Source: an uncultured Christensenella sp. (GTDB lineage Bacteria; Bacillota; Clostridia; Christensenellales; Borkfalkiaceae). From it: a DNA stretch of 64,000 nucleotides. The notes under the pieces are model-generated. The model had not been told where the DNA came from. It saw only the letters and a program-made list of their open reading frames with translations, and did no database searches. Made by a program: the position numbers and the translations under genes. This document shows, in pieces, positions 26,503-34,503 of this stretch. Numbering within the stretch: position 1 is the stretch's first letter; the number at the start of each line of letters is the position of its first letter. The stretch lies in assembly GCA_910586245.1 (NCBI GenBank), contig CAJUFY010000004.1:32573-96572 (forward strand). The letters run 5' to 3'.

Positions 26503-26686
26503 GACACCTGCGGTGTACGGAAAACGGGATACGCGTAATCCACGAAGTATATTCGGGAGCGTAGGTCGTACGGGATAGGCAAGGTCTGCTTTTGCGGAAA
26601 GTCTGATGCCCGTTCGCCGCGCACCCACCTGCGCAAGCGGGTTAACCGGTTTCGTTTTGCGGCACAGGCGGATGTCATTTTATTTT
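26503..26686 (+). ncRNA. ssrS: Candidate 6S-like regulatory RNA (about 180 nt, rod-shaped with a central bubble)
   Basis: Hand fold. Closing helix: 26503-26530 pairs with 26649-26676 (GACA/UGUC, AAAAC/GUUUU, GGGAU/GUUUC). Central bubble 5' strand: 26531-26554. The 3' strand carries a GNRA hairpin (ACCUGC-GCAA-GCGGGU, 26627-26642). Distal helices: GGGAGCG/CGCACCC and GUACGGG/CCCGUUC. Apical CUGC-UUUU-GCGG. The RNA ends in UUUUAUUUU. Confidence 0.45.
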
Positions 26687-26722
26687 CGGGGCGACTTTTT
26701 TGGCAAATGCCTATAAAAAAAG

Positions 26723-26751
26723 TTGCAACGGAATTAAGATTATGTTATAAT
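26723..26751 (+). promoter_or_regulatory. Sigma-A promoter of tRNA-Glu
   Basis: TTGCAA (26723-26728), 17 nt, TATAAT (26746-26751). Confidence 0.7.
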
Positions 26752-26769
26752 CACAACGCTAATGTAAGC

Positions 26770-26844
26770 GGCCTTGTGGTCAAGCGGTTAAGACGGCGCC
26801 CTCTCACGGCGCAATCCCGGGTTCGATTCCCGGCAGGGTCACCA
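26770..26844 (+). tRNA. tRNA-Glu (anticodon CUC), CCA encoded
   Basis: GGCCTTGTGGTCAAGCGGTTAAGACGGCGCCCTCTCACGGCGCAATCCCGGGTTCGATTCCCGGCAGGGTCACCA. Cloverleaf folds by hand: 7-bp acceptor stem, anticodon stem GCGCC/GGCGC with loop CUCUCAC. Close to Bacillus tRNA-Glu. Confidence 0.92.
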
Positions 26845-26872
26845 GACGAGGGGTATACGCACACCCCGAGGG

Positions 26873-26903
26873 AGAAACCGGATTTTCGGTTTCTTTTTCT
26901 TTT
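26873..26903 (+). terminator. Rho-independent terminator after tRNA-Glu
   Basis: GAAACCG-GATTTT-CGGTTTC followed by TTTTTCTTTT. Confidence 0.75.
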
Positions 26904-27132
26904 GCGCTTTGTTCGTCCTCACTCTCGTTTTCGCCGTTTCCGTCGGGATAATCGGGGAAAATCAAGTTCAATAAAAGTTCTTTTTTCTGCCCGCCTTTAT
27001 CATGTTTCCATCAGCAGGCAATTTAAACCGGTTAAAATTTGTAACCGGTTTGCTACCTTCTGGGGATATAGAATAACTCGTGAAAGTGTAACCGCTGTTC
27101 GGAGGAGCACTCCCAAACGCCGACGTAATTAT

Positions 27133-27171
27133 AAAAATAGTCCCGCATCGTATCAGTGCGGGACTATTTTT
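27133..27171. terminator. Bidirectional hairpin terminator (serves the AraC-family gene on the minus strand)
   Basis: A5-TAGTCCCGCA-TCGTATCAG-TGCGGGACTA-T5. Confidence 0.8.
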
Positions 27172-27203
27172 GTTTTAATACTTAAAATAAATTTTGAATA
27201 CCG

Positions 27204-28061
27204 TCATGAAAAAATATTTTTATTGTCGGACGATTTGGAACGGTTGCGTTTGCGCCAGGCGGCGGGGGTAACGCCGAATTGTTCCTGAAAGTTACGGGTA
27301 AAACTGTTTTGCGAATCGTAGCCCAGCTTTGTGGCGATCCTCGAAATCGGCATATCGGTATCGGTAAGCAAAATCACGGAATAGTTCATTCTGTTTTCCG
27401 TGAGATATTTCCCGATCGATTTGCCCGTGTAGTGCTTAAATGTATCGTAAACATAACCGCGGCTGTAATTCGTCGAGGCGATGATATCGTCGATCGGCAA
27501 CGCCATGACTTCGGGTTGATTGAGCAGGGAAAGAAGAGTTTGCAGCCATTCGGGCAGAGAGGATATATGTTGGATCTGGTGGTCGATATAAAAGCCGAGC
27601 AATTCGAACACGATACAGGTATGATAGCTTTCGTAGTCAATGATGTTCGCTTTTTCCGAATCGAACCGATTGAGTTGTTCTTGCAGAATTTGCAGTTTTT
27701 TCATACCGACGTTGAAATATAACGGTTCGTTGGCAGACGTGATTTTATCGTAAAGATCGGCGGAAAGGGTAGCGCAGATTTTTTGCATCTTTTTGGGCCA
27801 GACGTAAACGTCCCGATGCAGATGCTTTGTGTTGTTCGGAATCGATAGCGCGTGCTCATCGTTCGGACGCAACAGAAGAAGTTCGCCCGGCGAGAGTGTT
27901 TGCGTTGTTCCTTTATAAATATTTTCTATCTTTCCTTCGATCGGAACTAAAAACTCGAAAAAATTATGGGTGTGCATTGGAGCGGGGTTGGTATACGGGT
28001 GCGTATATTCCGTAACGGGTAGCTTTTCATGTTTGAAAAAACAAAAGAACAAATTTTCCAT
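27204..28061 (-). CDS. AraC-family transcriptional regulator (cupin-like sensor plus dual HTH)
   Basis: N-terminal HTHNFFEFLVPIEG...LLLLRPNDEH (cupin-like). C-terminal ISRIATKLGYDSQNSFTRNFQEQFGVTPAAWRK. Confidence 0.9.
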   Translation of the reverse strand: MENLFFCFFKHEKLPVTEYTHPYTNPAPMHTHNFFEFLVPIEGKIENIYKGTTQTLSPGELLLLRPNDEHALSIPNNTKHLHRDVYVWPKKMQKICATLSADLYDKITSANEPLYFNVGMKKLQILQEQLNRFDSEKANIIDYESYHTCIVFELLGFYIDHQIQHISSLPEWLQTLLSLLNQPEVMALPIDDIIASTNYSRGYVYDTFKHYTGKSIGKYLTENRMNYSVILLTDTDMPISRIATKLGYDSQNSFTRNFQEQFGVTPAAWRKRNRSKSSDNKNIFS

Positions 28062-28107
28062 AGCTTGGAAATTATAGCATGATTTTCTAAAATTTACAAT
28101 GAGATAT

Positions 28108-28168
28108 GACTATTTAGTGAAAACATTGGACTATTTGTGTAGAAATTAGGATTTTGTAATGGTATACT
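28108..28168 (+). promoter_or_regulatory. Direct-repeat operator (probable AraC-type site) abutting an activator-type promoter of the glycan locus
   Basis: GACTATTT at 28108-28115 and 28129-28136 (21-bp phasing). Weak -35 (TAGAAA 28140-28145), 17 nt, TATACT (28163-28168). Confidence 0.5.
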
Positions 28169-28180
28169 TTTTATGTGTTG

Positions 28181-28219
28181 GGAAAGGGGCATGCCCCTTT
28201 CCGTTGCGGAACGCAACGG
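28181..28219 (+). promoter_or_regulatory. Two adjacent perfect inverted repeats in the 5' leader of the glycan locus
   Basis: 22-bp perfect palindrome GGAAAGGGGCATGCCCCTTTCC (28181-28202). It is followed by CCGTTGCG-GAA-CGCAACGG (28201-28219). No U-tail. Confidence 0.5.
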
Positions 28220-28249
28220 AAACAATGCTAATAGATTTGGAGGAAAATT

Positions 28250-31200
28250 GTGATAAAAGGGAAAACTGTGAGAGCATGTTCGCTTACGTTAGCGGTTGCG
28301 GTTCTTTTTACCGGCATGGCAGGGGCAAGTAAAATTTCAGCGTCGGCTGCGCTTGACGAATCAACGCTTGCGGCACATGAGGAGTTGGCGCAGGAGATTG
28401 CAAGAAACGGTATGGTATTACTGGAAAATCGCGGCGCATTGCCTTTAACTTCTGCCGATCGCGTTGTGGGAACTAGTCTCGGTCAGATTGTTTACGGGGG
28501 ATCGGGTTCGGGGCTTGTTTCTTCTTCGCGCCGTCATATTTCATATTCCGACGCTTTGAAGGAAGCCGCGCAAAAAAAGCTGATAGCTTCTTATACCGAT
28601 TCCATTCGTGGCGACGGTAATAAATGTATTATTTTTATATCGCGTGCTTCGCAAGAGGACACCGATATTTCCGCAAGCTCTTTCAATCTTTCGTCCGCCG
28701 AAAAGAGCAGACTGACGGAGGCCTGCGGAACGTTCGGCGCGGAAAACGTGATCGCGGTGCTGAACGTCGGCAGCGTGATGGATACGACGTATTTGAAAAA
28801 TCTGAAGTTGGGCGCGATTGTTCTTGCGTATTACGGCGGAAATACGGCGGGCGCCGCGCTTGCCGACTGCCTTACGGGGCAGAGTAATTTTTCGGGGAAA
28901 ACGGTGGATACGTGGGCGGCGAGTTACGCCGATTATCCTTCCGTATCCGTCGGCGAGTTCGGCGTGCAGAACAACGTGCAATATACGGAAGACGTTTACG
29001 TAGGCTACCGCTATTTTTCCACGTTTGATCCCGATTATGAGAAAGTCAATTATCCGTTCGGCTACGGATTGAGTTATACGCAATTCGCTTTAAGCGAACA
29101 GGTGGTCTCGGTTGAAGGAGACGAAGTGACGGCGCGCGTAAAAGTGACGAACGTCGGCGGCGTTGAAGGCAGAGAGGTCGTACAACTCTATTATCAATCG
29201 CCCGATTCCGTAAAAATCGGAGAGGAAACCGTATTTTTCGGTACGCCCGCGCGCGAACTTGGCGGCTTTCAAAAGACGCGGCTGTTGAAGCCGAACGAAA
29301 GCGAAACGGTCAGTATCAAATTTCCAGTTAGCGATATGGCGGTATATGACGATTTGGGAAAAATCGAAGTGAATACTTATCAGTTGCTTGCGGGCGATTA
29401 TCAATTTTATTTGGGTACGAACGTAAGGGATGCCGACAACGTTTTTGCGGGATATCAATCTTATACCGTGGCGCAGACAACGGCTGTTTCCGAAAAACTG
29501 ACGGAGCTTTCCGCATCGCAGCTTGACGAGCGGCTGCTTTCAAACGGCGGGAAGGAAACGGTGGGGATGAAAAAAATCGCGTCCTACGGTTCTACCACGA
29601 TACAAGGCGAAAATTTCAATCAAAAGGCGCACCTGTACAAACCGCGCGAGGGCGACGTTTCTACGAACGAAGCAAATCTCGGCGTAAACAGTTTCTATTT
29701 CGTCGGGCAAATACAGGGTCATACGGGAGAATGGCTCGATTATAAAGTGAACGTTGAAAAGGCGGGAGAATATTCCGTGGGGCTCGCAATGGCGAATGCG
29801 AACAACGGCGGCGGAAGGTTCGTCGACGCGGTAACGTTTTACGTAAACGGCGTAAAGCAAACCGTGAAGTATACTTACGTTTCTCGCGACTGGCTTAACT
29901 TTACTTATGCGGTAGCGGAGGGAAAACTCACGCTTCCTGCAGGCGAGGTTACGATACGGCTGGAAAATAAAAGCGGGCAGTTTTCAAATTTAGACTTTTT
30001 CACGGTTTATAATAACGCGGTTTCGCCCGATGCGCCCACGGTGATCGAGGCTGAAACTCTCGATGCGGAAACGTCCGATCTGAACGTCGTATGCTACGGC
30101 GATAACGGCGCGGTTGTTGTAAACGCTGCAAATAAAAGCATCGCCGTTCCCGTCAATGCCGAGAAGGCAGGCGACTATTACGTAAGATTAAAGGCTTCCA
30201 ACGTGAAGAATGCTTCGGATCGGACGGCGGTTCTTTCCGTCGGCGGAACGGAAATCGGGACGTTTTCACTGATGCGCACTTCGTTTGCGGACGATTACGC
30301 GCAGGAGGCAAACAACTTCCGCTTTACCTATACCAACCCGATTAAAGTTACGCTTCCCGCAGGAGAAACGCAGCTTAAAATCGAAACGAAGGACGCAAAT
30401 CTTTACGCGTTGGATGCGGTCGAAATCATTCCTGCGGAAAACGGCGCGCCCGAATATGCCTTTAAGAATAATACCGACGAGGTTCACAGCCCTGCCGAGA
30501 ACGATTCGTATGACGCATCGGTAACTTATTCGCAGCTGGTTAACGGCAAAATTGAAATGGATACGTTTGTAAGCGCGCTGTCCGCACAGGAGCTTATCGC
30601 TTTTACGGGCTTGGAACGCTCGCTCGGATTTAGCTACGGCGGCGCGGGCGCATTGGGGAACGGTGCATGGAACGGAAAACTGGACAGAGGCGTTCCGCGG
30701 GTATATACGACCGACGCTGCCGCCGGCGTAGGACTGAGCAGCAAGGGAAACGTCGTTTGGTTCCCGTGCGCGACGTTGATCGCCTCGACGTTCGACGAGG
30801 AATTGACGCGGGAATACGGTAAGGCGGTTGCCGAAGAAGCTGCAAGCTTCGGGTTCAACGTCTGGCTTGCGCCCTCCGTGAATATTCACAGAAATCCTCT
30901 TTGCGGCAGAAATTTCGAATATTACTCGGAAGACCCCTTAGTATCGGGCAAGATCGGAGCTGCTGTTGTCAAAGGAGCGCAGTCGCGCCACGTGGCTGTT
31001 TGCTTAAAGCATTTTGCCGTCAACAATCAGGAAACGACGAGATTTACGAGTAATTCCTGCGTGTCGAACCGCGCAATTCGTGAAATATACTTGAAGGCGT
31101 TTGAGATTATCGTTAAAGAGAGTAATCCTTGGGCGATCATGAGTTCGTATAACCGCCTGAACGGCGAATACGTGGCGGCTACGCCCGAGCTGATAACGGA

Positions 31201-31708
31201 CGTTCTGCGCGGGGAATGGGGATTCGACGGCGCTGTCTTTTCCGACTGGTGGTGTTTTAACGATCATGCCGCCATGTTAAATGCGGGCAATAACATTAAA
31301 TGCGACAATCCGGACTATGCACAGGCATTCAGAGCGTATGAAGCGGGCTTCCTCTCGCGCGAAACGCTTGAAAAGAACGTGAAAGACGTGCTCACGCTCA
31401 TGCTTCGCGTCGGCGGCAAAGAACATTATTTCGAACAGGGGTGGGTGAGCGACGAAACGTCGCATTGGCATACCGCGGCTTGCGGGCACGACGTAAAGGG
31501 CGACGTGGCGGAGCATGATTTCGTTGACGGGAAGTGCAGCGTGTGCGGCTATGAGAAGAGCACGCCGATACCGCCCGAGACCGAAGATAAGGACGATACT
31601 CCCAAAGAAAGCAAGGCGTGGATCGGCTGGACGGTCGGCGGTTGCGCCGCGGTTTTGGTGGTAGCGGGCGTCGTAACGTTCGTGCTTTTGAAAAGAAGAA
31701 AAAAATAA
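28250..31708 (+). CDS. Secreted, C-terminally membrane-anchored GH3 glycosidase with circularly permuted domain order and two CBM6/35-like modules
   Basis: GTG 28250 follows GGAGGA. Signal peptide ends ASA. Domain order: GH3 alpha/beta-sandwich (MVLLENRGALPL), Fn3-like (GREVVQLYYQS...GGFQKTRLLKPNESETVSIKF), two CBM6-like modules (GEWLDYKVNVEKAGEYSV; IEAETLD...AEKAGDYYVRL), then the GH3 barrel (NIHRNPLCGRNFEYYSEDP, LKHFAVNN, VFSDWW). A His/Cys module and TM anchor follow (AWIGWTVGGCAAVLVVAGVVTFVLLKRRKK). Confidence 0.8.
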   Translation: MIKGKTVRACSLTLAVAVLFTGMAGASKISASAALDESTLAAHEELAQEIARNGMVLLENRGALPLTSADRVVGTSLGQIVYGGSGSGLVSSSRRHISYSDALKEAAQKKLIASYTDSIRGDGNKCIIFISRASQEDTDISASSFNLSSAEKSRLTEACGTFGAENVIAVLNVGSVMDTTYLKNLKLGAIVLAYYGGNTAGAALADCLTGQSNFSGKTVDTWAASYADYPSVSVGEFGVQNNVQYTEDVYVGYRYFSTFDPDYEKVNYPFGYGLSYTQFALSEQVVSVEGDEVTARVKVTNVGGVEGREVVQLYYQSPDSVKIGEETVFFGTPARELGGFQKTRLLKPNESETVSIKFPVSDMAVYDDLGKIEVNTYQLLAGDYQFYLGTNVRDADNVFAGYQSYTVAQTTAVSEKLTELSASQLDERLLSNGGKETVGMKKIASYGSTTIQGENFNQKAHLYKPREGDVSTNEANLGVNSFYFVGQIQGHTGEWLDYKVNVEKAGEYSVGLAMANANNGGGRFVDAVTFYVNGVKQTVKYTYVSRDWLNFTYAVAEGKLTLPAGEVTIRLENKSGQFSNLDFFTVYNNAVSPDAPTVIEAETLDAETSDLNVVCYGDNGAVVVNAANKSIAVPVNAEKAGDYYVRLKASNVKNASDRTAVLSVGGTEIGTFSLMRTSFADDYAQEANNFRFTYTNPIKVTLPAGETQLKIETKDANLYALDAVEIIPAENGAPEYAFKNNTDEVHSPAENDSYDASVTYSQLVNGKIEMDTFVSALSAQELIAFTGLERSLGFSYGGAGALGNGAWNGKLDRGVPRVYTTDAAAGVGLSSKGNVVWFPCATLIASTFDEELTREYGKAVAEEAASFGFNVWLAPSVNIHRNPLCGRNFEYYSEDPLVSGKIGAAVVKGAQSRHVAVCLKHFAVNNQETTRFTSNSCVSNRAIREIYLKAFEIIVKESNPWAIMSSYNRLNGEYVAATPELITDVLRGEWGFDGAVFSDWWCFNDHAAMLNAGNNIKCDNPDYAQAFRAYEAGFLSRETLEKNVKDVLTLMLRVGGKEHYFEQGWVSDETSHWHTAACGHDVKGDVAEHDFVDGKCSVCGYEKSTPIPPETEDKDDTPKESKAWIGWTVGGCAAVLVVAGVVTFVLLKRRKK

Positions 31709-31745
31709 GTTTTGCAAACGGAAAATTAAAAATCGGAGGACATAT

Positions 31746-33539
31746 ATGAAAGGGAAACAGGCGGCGGTTGCTCTTGCGGCAATCATGGGGTTCGGCACGG
31801 TTGCGGCGCTCGGTGCATGCGGCGGAGGCGGATCGGGCGAAATCGATTTTTGGTATTCCACTTCCATTGCCGACGGCAGAATTATCAGCGAGCTGATCGA
31901 AACCTATAACAACGGACAGGGAATCGAGGACGGCGTAAAGGTTACGGGCGAAAACCGCGGGCAGATCGACAGAACGGATTTTATGGTAGATTCTCCCAAC
32001 GTCGTTATGCTGGGTGACGAAAATTTCAAACAGTTTGCGGTGGAGGATTATTACCTCGATCTGACGCAATATTACGCGGAAATGCCGGGGAATTATAACG
32101 AAGCGGAAATTCCGACTTCCTTTACGCGGGCGTTTCGGATCGATACGAAGGACTCCGCCAACGGCAAGCGTATGGCGGGGGAAGGCGCTGCCATTCAGGG
32201 GATTCCGTTCGGCGTCGATCCGATGATACATTATTACAGCAAAAGCGTATTCGAGGACGCGGGAATTAAAATCATTTCCTGCGAAGAAAAAGAACTTGCA
32301 AGCAAATATCCCGGATTGCAGCCGCACGGTTATGCGGAATACACTGCCGAAAACGGCGCCAAGCCTCCCGTAGAGGGTGCGACGGTAAGCGAAAATCTTG
32401 CAGGAGAGCTTGTTTATAAGGTATTTAATAACCTGATTCCAATGAATTGGGAGGAATACCGTTATCTGAGCAAATGCTTCACCGCGGCGTATAACGAAAC
32501 TTCTCCCACTGCTTACGGGAGCGCGATGCACCACTGGTTCTCTATCGGTTGGTCGGTCGGCGGCGACTGCGTGGGATACGACGGCGAGAAATACACGTTC
32601 ACGGCGCTCGACGATTCCGCCAACTATCTCGTCACGGCAGCCGACGGCGTTACGGTTAACGGCAGACGTTATGCGGCGGGCGAAGTCGTGCGGTATGAGG
32701 ATAAAGTAAAACAATCGGATATTGCAACGATGTCGGGCTTGCACGTTCTGCCTTCCCAGAAAGCCGCCATGCAAGAATTTATCAATTTGACCGTCCCGCA
32801 GGAAAAGACGGGCGGAATGGAAACGACGGGTTACGGCGTATCGACGGGTATCAACGAAGGGGTGGACGCTTTATGGAGCGCGTCGAACAGGGTCGCCATG
32901 GTATCGGGCAGAGTCGAACAGACGACTACCTTGGAAGTTGCCTATAAAGGTCAATATGATATTACCGTGCCCGCTCAGTGGCGGGAATATCAGGGCGGCA
33001 GCGTTTACTATAAAGGCGAAGAAACGTTTGCAAACGAATACCTCAAAGTCATCGGCAAACAATACGGCGGAACGGTTTACACGGGCGAGCTCGACAAAGA
33101 CGCCGTGAGCGGCGTTCCGTTCGTGGGGCGGCAATCGGGTTACGGAGAATTTTCCGCGCTGATTATTCCCGTGAATTCCGATTCTTCGAATTACGAAGCG
33201 GCGTGGAAGTTCATCCGTTGGGCGGCAAGCGAAGAAGGTCAGAGAATTTTTATGAAAACGGGCAACGTGCCCAACCAGAGCGCGCTTGCGTTGAGCGACG
33301 AATACGCATCGCTCGGCGGCGAACGCAATTACCGCGCGGCGGCAGTTGCGGCGCAGGGAGCTGAAATCGGCGACTGGGCTTACTTTAACAACGGCGCCTG
33401 GGTCGATAAATGGTCGGGTAACTTCAATCAGGCTTTGCGGCTCGGCTATTCCACGCCCGAAAAGTTCATGCAGAATTTTGCGGGTATTGCCAATGGCGAT
33501 ATCGGGAAGGTTTCGATCGTTATGAACGGGAGGTGGTAA
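31746..33539 (+). CDS. ABC transporter extracellular solute-binding lipoprotein (family 1, unusually long at 597 aa)
   Basis: Lipobox in MKGKQAAVALAAIMGFGTVAALGAC. Positioned directly upstream of two MalF/MalG-type permeases. Sequence GIPFGVDPMIHYYSK...FIRWAASEEGQ. Confidence 0.8.
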   Translation: MKGKQAAVALAAIMGFGTVAALGACGGGGSGEIDFWYSTSIADGRIISELIETYNNGQGIEDGVKVTGENRGQIDRTDFMVDSPNVVMLGDENFKQFAVEDYYLDLTQYYAEMPGNYNEAEIPTSFTRAFRIDTKDSANGKRMAGEGAAIQGIPFGVDPMIHYYSKSVFEDAGIKIISCEEKELASKYPGLQPHGYAEYTAENGAKPPVEGATVSENLAGELVYKVFNNLIPMNWEEYRYLSKCFTAAYNETSPTAYGSAMHHWFSIGWSVGGDCVGYDGEKYTFTALDDSANYLVTAADGVTVNGRRYAAGEVVRYEDKVKQSDIATMSGLHVLPSQKAAMQEFINLTVPQEKTGGMETTGYGVSTGINEGVDALWSASNRVAMVSGRVEQTTTLEVAYKGQYDITVPAQWREYQGGSVYYKGEETFANEYLKVIGKQYGGTVYTGELDKDAVSGVPFVGRQSGYGEFSALIIPVNSDSSNYEAAWKFIRWAASEEGQRIFMKTGNVPNQSALALSDEYASLGGERNYRAAAVAAQGAEIGDWAYFNNGAWVDKWSGNFNQALRLGYSTPEKFMQNFAGIANGDIGKVSIVMNGRW

Positions 33540-33541
33540 TC

Positions 33542-34501
33542 ATGGAGGAAACGACAGCCGTTTTGCAAGCGGATCAAACGGTTTCTTCCGCGCAGCCGCC
33601 GAAAAGGAAAAAATTGAAATTCCGTAAAAGCTGGATTATGTGTTGGATCGGCGTGGCGATTCCGCTCGTCGGGTTCCTCGTATTCAACGGTTATCCGATT
33701 ATCGTATCGTTGCAGGCGATGTTTTCGTCGATGAAATTCGGCAAGCTCGAAACCATGAAATGGAACAACTTTGCCAATTTCAAGATGATGGTCGGCGACG
33801 CGAAATTGCTTGCCTCGATCAAAGTGACCCTGATTTTGGCATGCGCGCAGTTCGTTTCGCTCGGAATCGCCCTGTTGATGGCGGCGTTTTTGAGCCAAAA
33901 CGTAAAGGGGACGAGAGTTTTTCAAACGCTGTACTTTGTGCCTTATATCTGTTCTACGGTTGCGATTTCGATTATGTGGAGCAACATCTTCGATTTGAAC
34001 GGCGTTTTGAACGCGATTTTGGGAACGCAAATCAAGTGGTTGAACAATCTGGAAAATCCGTCTACGCTTACCTGGGCGATTTTTATTTCGATCGTTTGGC
34101 AGGCGCCCGGATACGGCATCGTCATGTACTGTTCGGCGTTTAAGGCGATCAGTCCGTCGCTTTATGAGGCGGCGGATCTCGACGGCGCAAACGCCTGGCA
34201 CAAATTCTGCCATATCACGCTTCCGGGGATTTCGTCTATAACGTTCTTCCTGATTTTGGCGGGGATTACGGCGGGTCTTACCACGTTTGACGCAGCCAAG
34301 GTGCTTGCGCCTATGAGTTGGGATAACTTTGCGGGTCCCGAGGACGCAGGACTTACCATCATGTACTACATTTACAATATGGGCGTGAAAAACGGGGAAA
34401 TGGGCTATGCTTCGATCCTAAGCTGGTTGCTCTTCGTTGTAATGATGATCCCTTCCGTGTTCCTCGTCAAGAAAAGGATTTTGGCGATGGAGGATAATTG
34501 A
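33542..34501 (+). CDS. Carbohydrate ABC transporter permease (MalF/UgpA-like)
   Basis: ATG 33542 follows GGGAGGTGG. EAA loop: YEAADLDGANAWHKFCHITLP. 6 TM segments. Confidence 0.88.
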   Translation: MEETTAVLQADQTVSSAQPPKRKKLKFRKSWIMCWIGVAIPLVGFLVFNGYPIIVSLQAMFSSMKFGKLETMKWNNFANFKMMVGDAKLLASIKVTLILACAQFVSLGIALLMAAFLSQNVKGTRVFQTLYFVPYICSTVAISIMWSNIFDLNGVLNAILGTQIKWLNNLENPSTLTWAIFISIVWQAPGYGIVMYCSAFKAISPSLYEAADLDGANAWHKFCHITLPGISSITFFLILAGITAGLTTFDAAKVLAPMSWDNFAGPEDAGLTIMYYIYNMGVKNGEMGYASILSWLLFVVMMIPSVFLVKKRILAMEDN

Positions 34502-34503
34502 GT

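Noticed and set aside
26707-27288. 193-aa plus-strand ORF
   Set aside because: It reads straight through tRNA-Glu, two terminators and AT-rich spacer DNA, so it is not coding.
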